Positions 37,251-49,980 of a stretch of 64,000 nucleotides of DNA are shown here, one piece after another (position 1 is the first letter of the stretch; each line of letters opens with the position of its first letter). The position numbers and the translations under genes are program-made. The notes under the pieces are model-generated. The model was not told the DNA's origin, did no database searches, and worked only from the letters and a program-made list of their open reading frames with translations. The stretch is from Callorhinchus milii (taxonomy: Eukaryota), in contig NW_024704742.1 in assembly GCF_018977255.1 (NCBI RefSeq), forward strand, positions 72,604,001-72,668,000. Reading direction: 5' to 3'.

Positions 37251-38574
37251 GTGGGGTGCAATTCATCTCACTAGTCAATGCTATTCATCCGTTCAGTGCT
37301 CAAATCAAGTTATTCCAGAATGTCCACTGCATCTGCATTATTGAACTTGTACTTCACAAACCCTGATGATAGCAGGTACTACAGCCCAAAATAAAACAAC
37401 AACAGAAGCAAACTTACTAGTCTCCATACCTTCCCCCTTTTTTAAAAAAAATGAATCGGCAACCTAAAATAACATGCAACTTCCAGAAATTCAGGTCACG
37501 AAATGAAGCAACTTTAGAATGTAAAGCATTTCCCTCAGATTTTTTTGAACAAAAACCTCAGTTGGGAGACTTGCTGGGTAAACCTAGACACTGAGGCCTG
37601 TCAAGAACGAGTAAAGACAGCTCCAGTAATTGGATTCTTATTCTATTTCTGCACTATAAAAGCTAATCAACCATGAGCCAAGGAGGCCAAGGGTGTGAGG
37701 CATGACAACAGATCAAAACAAAAAAAAGTACCAAGATCCAGTTAGGTCAGTAAAGCCCACTAGCTAAACAGCTAATCCCATGCTCCAACTTCTAGATGAA
37801 ATGCAGCACCTTTCGGAAGCTTCATCTATTCCTGAAGCAGTCTGAAAGAATGATAAAACATCTGCTTGAGAAAACAAACCAGGCACTAGAGAATTCACAG
37901 AGTACAAGAAGCAAATATTCACATGGAGCAAATTTTATTTTGCAGAAATCTTTTGAGAACTTTGATTTAAAATATTGCAAAGTGCACTTCGTAATCCACC
38001 ATCACACATTTTCCCATCCCATTTCCTCAATTGTTTCGGTTCCAGCTAACAATTATATTGTGAGCAATGCATCTCAACAATACAATTTACATTTAGATAG
38101 CACCTTTCATATCGGGGGGACACCTCAAAGGGTTCCTAAAACAAGCCATAAAAGTGCTTTTGGATAAGCCTACATTAACTGCAATTGTTGTCAAAGTGGC
38201 ACAAAAGCTTAAAATGCAATTTGGAAACTTAAATGGGCCATTTTCCAAAAGTCAGCGCAATAAAAAAAATCCCCAAAACGTACCACATTATTTCTGCACC
38301 ATTACATACTGCATTGAATCCCACCCGTTTATGTACATCTCAGCTTGGTTGAGCACAAGACTTGGGATTAGAACTTTTATGGGTCCACTCGTCCCTTCGT
38401 TCTTTTGAGATTGATTAAATTAGTACTATAACTAAAAAACATCCTGAGCGGGTGAAGAAAAGAAGAAAAAACATATTGGGAAGGTACGTGTCGCCAGCCT
38501 ATCTGACTGCTCAAGCAAAGTGGAGCTGTGTTGAATAACCTTATATAACTCTGAATGTGCCCTGTAACCCACAG

Positions 38575-39365
38575 CCCAAATGGGAAGGGCCTTCCTCACC
38601 CACCACCTCTCCTCCCTCATCCACCTCAGTGGGACCAGCCTTGCCTGGTTCGAGTTCTACCTAAAAAACTGCCTTCACTTTGTCTCTTCAAGCGGTTTCT
38701 TCTTCTGCCCCCGCTCGGTCACCTGTGGCCTACCCCAGGGCTTCATCCTTGGCCCCCTCCTCTCCCTCATGTCGATGCTCCCTCTTGGCAATGTCATCTG
38801 CAGCCATGGGGTAAACTTCCACGTGTATGGATGAGACACAAATCTGCTTCTCCTCTTCCAGCTGCGGCGCCAGGTCCGCTGATGTTCTCTCGGCTTGTCT
38901 GGCAGACATCAAGGCCTGGATGAGCGCAAACATCTTGCAACGAAATGTTGACAAAAGCCATACTCCTTGGCTCCCGTCAACATCTTCTGTTCTGTGGCTC
39001 TGACCTCCTCAACCCCCCTCCCCCGTCCTGTCCCTCAGCTTCACCGAACCAGTACGCAAACTGGGCGTCAGGTTCGAGCCACAGCTGTCCTTTCTTTGCC
39101 TCATTCAGTCCCCTGACCAGGAGCGCCTCCTTCCACCTTCCACACATTGCCCGCCTCCTAACAGAACAATTTCAAGATCCTTACACTCATATTCAAATCT
39201 CTTCATTCCCTGATACCTCCCTACCTCTCCGACCTGCTTACTACCCAACCCACTACCTCCACTCGAATAGCTCCAACCTCCAACATGTCCCTCATGCCCT
39301 CCGTTCCACTACTGTCAAGCGCTCTGGGTTGCCACCCTGTATATGAGATGCTATATAAATGCAAG
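38575..39365 (+). mobile_element. Degenerate L2 LINE RT-to-3' fragment with internal deletions
   Basis: LSGTSLAWFEFYL...VTCGLPQGFILGPLL...LPLGNVICSHGVNFHVY; tail atgctatataaatgcaagtt. Confidence 0.85.
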
Positions 39366-40114
39366 TTAATAATCCTTAATCCTTGCATTTGATATAGCTC
39401 CTTATCACGTCTTCGAGACGTCACAAAGCCCTTACAGAATATATTGTGAACTGAATTGACCGTATATTTTGTGAGGCAGTTGGTGGTGTTGTAGTTTAGC
39501 ACAAGTGCCATGAAACTTACCAGTGCTTTGCCGCTGGATGGTCTCTATTACTGTCTAAATGCCTGCTCTGACTGTGCTTCTGTATCAGCATCATGCATGA
39601 GGCAACTCACCGGCAATAATTCTTCCTGTGGTATGACCAACCGCTCCCCCCACCACCACTACCTCACAAAGATTGATAGTCTCAGCAGGAGCAGGTCAAT
39701 TTTCACACCCTTTGTCCAATTGGCCTTCAAATCAAAAAGCAATGTATTCTATACAGATTGTATCGAATAAAATAAGTAATAATTAGTAACGATTACAAGA
39801 TACAAAAGAATACAAGAAACCAAAATAAATTAAAAGGAAAGTATTGACCTGCCAGTGGTTTAAGTGACTGGGGGTGGGAGAAAGAAGAGGAACAGTTCTT
39901 ACAGAATCAAAGTTTAATAAAATGTACAACTATAACTTTCACCACAAGAAATCATGTGCATTTAGAAGTGGTGTCCAGAGGGAGATGAAACTCCAAGCTT
40001 GCCTCATTGCCTCCCCAGTTAAAGAGTTAGAAAAATTGGCATCTCATAAATGGGCTAACTAGCAATTAGGAATTGAAGGTGAGAACTCGGCTTATGAGGA
40101 TCCATTGGACCTAA

Positions 40115-40460
40115 TATTAATAATCCTTGCATTTGATAGAACTCCTTATCACATTGTTGAGATGTCTCAAAGCACTTCACAGGATATGCTGTAAATTCTG
40201 TGGGTGAAACACAGCAGTCAGTTCTGTGTACAGCAATTTCCCATAAACAGCCATGATGTGAGTAACAAATAATATTTGGGGATTGTTGCCCAGGACATTG
40301 GGAAAAATTCCCTTCTCTTTTCAAATAGTGCCATGGGATCTTTAAATTCGACCTGAACAGGTAGACTGGGCCAAAAGACAGTGCACCCCCAGGACTGCAA
40401 TGGAGTGTCATCTTACATGGTGATTCCTTGTCTAGACACAGGGTTGAACCCACAACTTCG
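40115..40460 (-). mobile_element. Deu-domain SINE
   Basis: Tail taataatccttgcatttgatag and core ccttctcttttcaaatagtgccatgggatctttaa. Confidence 0.75.
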
Positions 40461-41879
40461 TCCTTCTATCATTTACCATTTAAATTCAGCACAGATATCA
40501 GCATTCAAAATATGGAATTTGTTTTTCTATACACAGAGACCAATTCAGTACTTACAGGATTCTGAAAGGTAGCCAAACACATTGGAAGAGATTAGCTTTT
40601 GGGATATGCTATTTAATAATGCATTAAGCACCCATCTGGTTTCTTGGTTTCCACTCCTAATCTAATTTCATGGGCTTTCCCTTTGCAAAACGAGGACAAC
40701 TCCCAAAACAACTTGGATGTCCTTGACACAGGCAAAATAATTTCTTCACACAAGGAAAAGCTGGTGCTGAGGAGCCAAAAACAATCTTTGAATTTAATTA
40801 AACTGGATGGTTTACATCTAAACGCACCTCAAGTTCACAAGACTTGGACGGGGAGGAAACCAAAAGGTCATGGTCACATCAAAGCTGTCAGTATTAACTG
40901 CAAAATTCACTTGACATCTGAGATTGGCTGTTTTGCTGAGTGCAAATCGGCTGATGCATTCGCCTACAAATACACAGTCACTGCACTTTATAGTAATACT
41001 CCTGTAAAGTGTTTTGAGTTGTTTCATCAACATGAGGCACTATATGAAATGTGAGGATTATTACTACCAACACTGTGAATCTTCACTCCTTGCATCTAAG
41101 AGGTTTTAGAAATTTACAGCACAGAATGCCATTAAATACATTGTGTCTGAACACTACAGGTGCAATATTTTCCCTTGTGTTGTGTATAAATTGTATCATG
41201 TATCCTGTAGATTGATCGAGGGATTACAGTAGTCTGCTTTGGCCAAATGACTGTGCAAAAAATGGAGCTCGCCCTTTTGTTGGATGTAATGCAATACAAA
41301 TGACAGGCACAACAACATTTGGAATTGGTAGAGAATGAACCCAAAGCCACATTGCTGAAGATCTGTCACATGCATAATGACTTGTATATCTATGGCTGCC
41401 ACCTTTAGTAAGCTCTTTCAGACACCAGTTTACTGCTCAACTGAGAGTCAGCTGTTGTTCCCACCATGTGGAATTCACGATTGTGTGTAACCCTATATCT
41501 GGTACAGATTAGTTTGTCGCCCGGCAGCATTCCAGATCTATTATATATTTTCAGCTTAACTCTGTAGATGGAGGTTTCCCCTGGTAACTCAGAGAAGATA
41601 GGGCTCCACAAATCAAGTTAAACTTGAGAACAGGATTTCAGTGAACCCTGGAATAGTCAGCCTGTTCTGAAACACTCCAATTGTTCCAGTGCATCCTCCC
41701 GACATGAAAGGCGCTATACAAATGTAATTTGCTGTTATTGTTGTTTTCTACTCAGTTGGCCCATCTGTCTCGGAACTGCAGTGATTCCTTTATTTACTTG
41801 GCAGCAAAACAATTTTTTTTAAAAAATTCATGCCTTAAATACTCATCTGGATGTCTAATGATGATTCTTATTTTACAAG

Positions 41880-42505
41880 TTGCTTTCTACAAAATCAGCC
41901 AACAATAGCCTCACCTTTCATCAGTCTAGGCTTGTGTTTGTGGGTTACAGACCCCCATTACTTATTCTTGGCACTTCTTTTGCCAACCGCAGATAGTTTC
42001 ATTAATGTTTATTGGTTTCATTTTAGCCTACGTGGCTTCAGCTGCTCTGATCATATCTACAGCTCTCTTGAAGTCAAGATCTGGCTCTCAGCCACCTCTT
42101 CCTATGCAGATAGTTCTTGACTGCAAACACTGTTCAATTACAAATTGATGGGTGACTCCTGCGCTTCAGTCAGAAAGTCTTCAAGATCGTTTATAGTAAC
42201 TTGTTTGATTTTCTTAACTTGAGCACATCTTTCTCAGAATCCTGCAAAGTATTTTTGCACAATTGTCAAGATTTCTTGAATGTATCCCAAAACTCAACCT
42301 GTTCTCTTCTCCATAAGTGTATTGTACGAGTAGAGAACTTCATTTCCAATCAACATTACACGCCTTGAGCCGCCTCATTTCTCTACGGCATCTGTCACCA
42401 GTTTAATAATCCACCCAGCTCTGCATGAACCTCTTCGAACTCTGGCTCAGTTTCCCGTCAGTTGTTCAGCTGTTGTTCAGGTGGAGACAGCTCACAGCCA
42501 TCTCA
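41880..42505 (-). mobile_element. Degenerate Ty3/Gypsy-type gag fossil
   Basis: Minus-strand broken frames DGKLSQSSKRFMQSWVDY (like the gag N-terminal GNL..NW..FKQ.W..Y), CVMLIGNEVLYSYNTL (like IG.EAL..YNT) and ...RAVDMIRAAEAT (like DLTL.KA...RAAE). Stops and frameshifts; no LTR identified. Confidence 0.6.
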
Positions 42506-43413
42506 CCAACGGGTTCCGTCTTCTATTGTGTCAGCTTCAGTCAGCAGTTTCCAGCCCTTCTCACACTAGACTCAATGCCTCTGGTTTAAAATTAGGTTCT
42601 GCAGCTTCTTTACTTCGGCTCAACAGCACAGTCAGGCTTGCTCTGTGGCTGGCAGCCAGGTTGCACTATGTGCTCCGACTACCGTATGCTTTTGGATCTT
42701 TTGACCTCCTACAATAACAAGCAGTATCATTATCCCAGGAGCTTCCATGATGCAGTTAAACTGCACACACAGGTTTGACACAGGTAATGTTACAGCAAGT
42801 TATGCTGGCTGCTCTAATCAAACAAAGCAGAACTCAAAAACACAACCGTACTCACAGGCCTCCACCAACTGGGAACATTTAAGCTTAGGAAGAGGTGCTG
42901 ATCCTGTCAGTATTAAGTTTTAACGCTGTTCGGTATGCCACCTGAGGCCACCTCAAAATGTTAGAGAAATGATAATGCCGAGGAATTTCAGCAAAGTCAA
43001 ACTAGGTTTGCATCAGTGAAGCTTGAAAACCATTTGGTACCAATTCACATACTCAACACCATCAAAACTGCAGCCAGTGCACTAAGTAAATAGAATCATT
43101 CTGAGAAGGAAATCACTGGGATGAATCCTTTTTAAGCTCAGTACATATCCCTCGCACATCGTACTGCAAAACAATGTCAGAACTGAATGCTGAAAGATGT
43201 GAAGCAGTACATTTGGGAAGAAGACTAGTGAACGGAAATATAGCCCTAGTGGAAAACAAAATGAATCAATCCAGGGATCTGGAGTGCAAATACAGAATTC
43301 TATGTTTTTTTTTAAAACATACAGAGTCTTCAAATTCAAAAGTAAGAAGATGAATCTTTAAATATGACATCGCTTCAGCCGTAGCTGGAATATAGTGTGC
43401 AGTTGAGAGGATA

Positions 43414-43783
43414 TAATAATAATAATAATCCTTGCATTTGATATAGCGCATTTCACGTCGAGAGGACAACAACAACAACAACAAGATTCCATTTATAAAG
43501 CGCCTTTCACGTCGGGAGGACGTCCCAAAGCGCTTCACAGAACACACTGTAAAGTGAATTGACTGTATATTTGTGGGCGAACGCGGCAGCCAATTGCGCA
43601 CAGCAATGTCCCACAAACAGTCGTGGATTGAAAATGACCAATTTATTATTGTTTTGGTTTTGGAGGGATTATTATTAGGCGTGTGGAGTAAGGAAACTTG
43701 CCCAAGGTTTCGCACTGCCTGGAATTGAACTCAGGTCTCTCGCTTGCAAAGCGAGTGCTCTAACCACTGAGCTACAGGACTCC
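43414..43783 (-). mobile_element. Young tRNA-derived SINE, short form, with a double 3' tail
   Basis: Intact head and body. An L2-type (TTG)n tail is followed by a second partial tail ending (ATT)n. Confidence 0.92.
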
Positions 43784-43785
43784 GG

Positions 43786-44240
43786 TATAGGTATGAGGAG
43801 AGGCTGGAAAGATTAGGAATCTTGATTGGTAAAAAGAAGGTTGAAGGATGATTTGATGAAGGTGTTTCAGATAATTAAAGGGATTGAGAGGATAAATTGT
43901 GAGGAACTATTTCGACAGGCAGGTGATTCAAGGTCAACAACATGGATTTCAGAATATAACTAGGAGAGTCAAAGGGGAATTTAGGAAGATTTTTTTTCTC
44001 TCCCACAGGATCATCAGAATATGAAATAATTGGCAGGGTTGGCTGTAGGAGCAGAGTGAATTGAGGCCATGTAAAAAAAAGAACTAGATAGGCACATGTG
44101 GAGGAAGAGTACTAGTGGATATGGGGTGGGGGGAGCAGGGAATTAGGATTAGACAGATGACTTTATTGGAGGGGCAAACACCAACATTAATATAATTGAT
44201 CAAATGGCATTCTACTGAGTCATAAATGCTTTATGGTTTA
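43786..44240 (+). mobile_element. Old CR1-clade LINE 3' fragment
   Basis: tatgaggagaggctggaaagattagga (YEERLERLG) ... gatttgatgaaggtgtttcagataattaaagggattgag, degenerate CR1 3' UTR. Confidence 0.7.
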
Positions 44241-44324
44241 ATGGTACACGTCTTCACAGTAAACAAGCATTTTTCAGAGTCAACTATAGAGCAATTTTCT
44301 GGAAGGTTAATAAAAAGAGGAAAA

Positions 44325-44557
44325 ACTATCCATTATTCAAAAAGAGAAGGGAGTTTCTCCTGGTGTCCTTGCCAACAATCCCCCAAATAAAACTGGTCAT
44401 TTACTTTGCAGCTATTTGTGGGATATTCCTGTGTGTAAATTGGCTGACGTGTTCGCCTACAAAACATGCAGTCACTAACCTTCACAGTAAATCCTCTGAA
44501 GTGCTTTGAGACATTGATGATGTGATGAGGTGCTATATCATTTGTAAGGAATATTAT
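44325..44557 (+). mobile_element. Deu-domain SINE 3' part
   Basis: tattcaaaaagagaagggagtttctcctggtgtccttgccaac...aaattggctgacgtgttcgcctac...tail. Confidence 0.75.
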
Positions 44558-47500
44558 AAATATTTACCTCGCACTATTTTACTTAAATTTAGTAATTCTT
44601 AAACTCATATATTCAAAATCCTCAGTGATGCCGTAACAATTCCTTATATCTTGAAAGTCTTTACCGTTATATCCCTCCAGTGACTTTGGGTTATACAAAA
44701 ACAGCCCTTACCAATCTACTTATATGCTGGTTGCATTTTCTGACTAAGTAGAAAGTCAGAGGCAGTTAGAAGTGCCATGTGCTGCTTGTAGAGGGAAGGG
44801 GGATGGGAGAGGGGATTAGTGCCACATTTTAAGAGCACTGCAACAACTGTTTTTCTATTGAAATAAATGCTACGTAATTTTTAAGGTAAAATGGGTTATT
44901 GATTCAACACTCCTGAAGTGTGTCAATCAGTAGCCAGATTTCAGACTGGCAATGAACCACTTCTGACCACTTTTCTATTGGATTTAAATACACAAAACTT
45001 AACTTCCGTCAAAAGTTACAGTTTGATATTTTGCAGCTAATGCTTCCATTCTCCCAAGACCCAATCACACAAAGTCTGTACTTGTTTAGTGATAAAAAGT
45101 TAATTGTACAAACATTGACTTATATTCTGTACCATTTTATTGCCCAACCTAGTAATTGCAGAACATAAACCCACAATTATTTTAATAGTAACCTGGGATT
45201 TCAGCCCAGGATGAATTGTCCACTTATTTGCATAAAACAAAGTTTACTTTCAAACTTTGCTCCGGTAGACATGAGTATAGTGAAAGTTACAAACAAGCTC
45301 AATCAGATTCGTATATAGTTGTCTTCAAGTGACCATTTCCCTCAATACAACTGTTTGTTAATGGCTGATAAAGTAAGAACCGTAGACTTTTTGGAGAGCC
45401 TATAACCTACCTAAACAAGGGTACTCTACTACACCATATTAGGTTAATACCACGTAAGACAATATATGCTGGGAAATTGACAAGCATCCTTAGTCTTACA
45501 AAAGATTTTACAATTTCTACTGGTTCACAGATATCTTTTGTTTCAGAGGCCCCAGGAGCAGGGTGTGGGACAGCCTGGACCTCAAGCGTGGCATGAAATT
45601 ATAGCTGCAAAATGCAGTAGTACATGGTTGGGCTAAACTATTTGTCTTGTGGTAATCATTTGTGATGAACGGAAGTCTTCACTCAGACTCAATCTGTGGG
45701 TGAATTGCCGGAAACCTTGTGTCAGGACTGAAGGATTTTGCACAGTGGTTTCTCTTTTAAACTAAATTCTTTGACCTGTTAACTTGCCCTTTGAAGATGA
45801 TACCAAAGTACCTATAACTGCAGTAGATGTGCTCTGAATAAACAATATTGGTGAGTGATTTAACCAGTCCTTCTTCTCCTGGACACAATCTTAATGTCTT
45901 GATTCAAATCTAACGGGCGGCGTGTAGCGATACACAAGTTGCCACCAATGATGTGGGACAACTGAGTACTTTTTGTACTTCCGTAGTAAATTATTATTGT
46001 GGTACAAGATCTTTCAAACCTCATCTCTGCAGCTGAACGTTTAACCCCCAACTGTTTGGAAGAACGCTGACAAAATCATTTGTACTGAAAGTCTTAACCA
46101 GAAAAACAAAACCACATACAGCACCAGCAGACTGAGAAATAGAGGCAGACAGGGTGAGGCAGCTTTACTTTAAACTACAGTACAAATGTTGAGGTTTTAA
46201 GTGAAGGGCAGGAATGTGGATGAAATCTTAACCACAAATAAAACTGCAAAAAAGTAGACCCCAATCCTGCTTGGTAACAGAGAACTTGAATTTCACCCTC
46301 CAAACAGAAAGCACCCTTTAAGCTTTTATAACACATTCAGGCTCTTTCCAGCATGGAAAGACTGAATCTTCTATTCTGGAATATGAATCCTTGTTCCTGC
46401 AGATACAAATGGCAGCCAATAATTATGGATGCACAGGACAAGACTACTGAACCAGTGAGAAAGCACCATCGGAATTTGAGAGCACCAGAACATTTCCAAC
46501 ACTCATTGTTGGACCGTGAACGATTGAGATTTCTCCGTCTAATACATCACACAGTACAGAAACACTGCCCGCTTCCTGCATAAGATCCCATCCCCCCATT
46601 GTAATTGATGTCAGCTCAACACAGATGATGGCTCAATTGGGATCTTCCTGAAGTGTGAGGCTCAATACAACACCACACAGTGAATTTTCTAGCTCGTCTA
46701 CAGACTGAATGCAAGATCTTTAATGGAAATATCTAGGATATAGAATATTCTGCAACAAAAAGCTGACCATAGAACCGTAGAATTATACAGCACAGAAGGA
46801 GGCCATTCGGCCGATCGCATCTGTGCCGTTTTTTTGACAATACAATTGTGCTATGGGAGTCAATGTGTTAACTGACAGCTCCTGCACTGAAGATTATTAC
46901 AGAACTATGTATTATTCACATAGTCACACTCCATTACACAAGCTGACAAATGAGTCAGCAGGAGGAGATTTATGTATTCGATTGAGTAGCACAATCCATG
47001 GGAGAGCTTTTCACACACAGGCCTGTCTTAATTATGCTCATCATAGGTTTCCGCTTTGAAATAATGGCCAGACCTCTCATCAAAGCATCTTCTACAATTC
47101 AACCTATTAAATGTAACATTTCATCCTCCACAAATGAGAATATTGTACCCACAACCTCAAACAACCTCTCACACACGCCTCTCTTGCCTGAAACTAGACA
47201 CCAGCCACACCCCACAACTGACAGAGGAAAGACCAACATGTGAATCAGAGCAGATAAACAGTATGTCTAAAAGCTCATCAATAAAGAGCACCCACAAAGC
47301 TTACCAACACACACCACCATGCACAAAGTTCCCCTCCCCCAAACACACATCATCCCACTGAGGATATCGTCCCCACCCTCCCTGCAGCACAATCCCACAG
47401 AGAGCACCTCACTTGAGTGCCTTTAGCAATCAAACTTTTAAAATACTTAAACATAGAAAAATCACAAAACAAACACATTTGCAAATGATGCGTTAGAAAG

Positions 47501-48913
47501 GATAGAAGCGGTCAAGTTTGGACTAATTGCAACTTCTAGAACATTGCACTCAATATGACTTCTGGCCATGGATACAGAAACCAGTTTTAGGTAATGGGCA
47601 CAGAATAGAAACAGTTTACAGAGGCATCTACAGTACTTCAGTTTTAGAGATGTAGGAGCAGTTTAGCAGTCTCTATGTGAAAGATACTTCAGTGCGCTTC
47701 CAACCTTTTTGGTTGACCAATAAAACAATCATAGAAATAACAATATTTTATGCCTTAAATCAAGAAATATTCACTCAAGAAACATTTATTTTGTTGACAA
47801 ATCAAAGAGTTTTCCCACCACCAATCTAAACAATTTCATCCCCAACCTTGCAAAAAAATTATCTCTTAAACTACAAATACAGAGGATTTTAACAAAAGGC
47901 AACAAGGCATCTCTCTCCGAAGGCCATTTTATTACATCTCAAAATGTGGGTGTGCAAACAAAATCCTGGATATTTCTGTGAGCAGAATAAAATGTTTTAG
48001 GGAATCCTTCTATATTCAACAACTCTATACAAACAACCCTGAAACCATCCTGGCAGAGGTATCTTCAGATTTGCTCAACTAACTGTTGGCTCACTGCCTT
48101 TTTTGGCACCAATCCAGAGGTTCTCTTCAATGTTGATCGTTGGTTTCTGATGCCTTAGAGAGGGAATTCCACAAAGAAGTCAATTTAATGAAGTGCCTAT
48201 CCTTTCACGTAAAAGCATGTATGAGTGGGTACATATGCACATGTATATATCCTAAGATATTAAACCCACTGTAACAGCAGCAAAACTCACCTCACCTATC
48301 ATTCTCTTAAAGGCTGATCCTAATGTTAATCTTTGGAAATGTGCCAAGCTCTTGCCATGTGCACCAGTCACTAACATGGTACAACTTGCAGTTTAACAGA
48401 TCCCCTCCACTAGCATTACTCGCCCAACAGCTCTTAAGTACAGTTGATATCACCTTGTCAGGGATTTAAGTAATGTTTCTACTCCGTTTGATATCCTGCA
48501 GACCAGCACAAAGAAATAAAACAAACTGGTTAACAGGCTTATAAGACATTCTCTCTGCTTTGTGCCCTTTTTGGGACTCGTACACAAACAGAATCCAGCA
48601 TATTATCATACTCTCTGACATAAATTGGTGTAAAGACTGCTCAAGGAATTCCAAATAAGTTTTAAATGTTTCCAGCTACCCTCATGCTCTCTTAAAAACA
48701 GATGCTTGAAATGGTCATTCAACGAGCATCTCGAAGAGTTTCACACTACAGTTAGTACAGTTACAAACCCCAACCAAATTGGGTACTTCAGTACTTGTAC
48801 TTCCTTCAGTAAAATTGACCTTTGTGAAATTCACGGTGTAAGGCGTTAGCCTGGCTCAATTGGTTGCATTCTCGCTTCTGAGTTGGAAGGTTAGGGTTCC
48901 AAGTCTCACATCA

Positions 48914-49248
48914 GTGGAGTCCTGTAGCGTGGAGTCCTGTAGCTCAGTGGTTAGAGCACTCGCTTTACAAGTGAGAAACCTGAGTTCAATTCCAGGCAGA
49001 GGGCGAAACCTTGGGCAAGTTTCCTTACTCCACAAAGAGCCTAATAATAATCCCTCCAAAACAAAACAATAATTAAATTGGTCATTTTCAATCTACGACT
49101 GTTTGTGGGACATTGCTGTGCGCAATTGGCTGCCGTGTTCGCCCACAAATATACAGTCAATTCACTTTACAGTGTGTTCTGTGAAGCGCTTTGGGACGTC
49201 CTCCCGACGTGAAAAGCGCTATATCAAATGCAAGGATTATTATTATTA
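48914..49248 (+). mobile_element. Young full-length tRNA-derived SINE, short form, with a duplicated 5' 15-mer
   Basis: gtggagtcctgtagc occurs twice in tandem (48914-48943), followed by an intact body and (ATT)n tail. Confidence 0.92.
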
Positions 49249-49724
49249 TCAGGCCGTTGAACTCACAGTCCGGGTTAACATTCAAAAGTAGTTCTGAATT
49301 ATACACAGGAAGCATCACTGGGACATATTGCACACTGGGCAGTACAGGGTGCACCGCATACATCACTGCCCGCACACTACTCATGCATGCTAAATGCGGG
49401 AAGCCCTGCTAATGTTACTTCACCAAGGAAGGGACGTCAGCAGCAACCTGATGATCTGGAAGTGGCACCGGCAGTCATTTTGCTTGCAGACCTATTATAA
49501 CGTGATGTCCAATTTTGTGGATGTGATTCATCATGTAATAACAGTGTTGCCTTGCACAAGTTTGTGCAAAACTGTGAAAAATTCTTAAATTAAGTTGGGA
49601 TGAGTTTTTAGTAGTTAAAAAGTCATCCAGAAAACTAGCCTCAAATTAAAACTGGTAAAAATGTGTCAAAATTCTGGACAATTAACATTTGAAGAAAATA
49701 GTCAAAATCTCCAATAAACTGATG

Positions 49725-49980
49725 ATAATAATTCTTGCATTTGATATAGAGCCTCAGCATGTCCTCGAAATGTCTCAAAGCATTTTACAGAATATACTGT
49801 AAAGTGAATTGACTGTATATTTGTGGGCTAAACATGGCGGCCAATTGCGCACAGCAGTGTCCCACAAACAGTCGTGGATTGAGTGACCAAATTATTATTA
49901 TTTTATTTTTATGAAGCGATTATCATCCCCAGAAAAGCGATCTGCCAAGCGACTAACAACCTATTGCCAGGCGTGTGGAG
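49725..49980 (-). mobile_element. 5'-truncated tRNA-derived SINE (long-form related)
   Basis: Tail and body reverse complement with part of the central block (aagcgatctgccaagcgactaacaacc). Confidence 0.82.

Noticed and set aside
49270..49560. Possible second Harbinger-like fragment on the minus strand
   Set aside because: Only vague motif resemblance; no clear catalytic motif.
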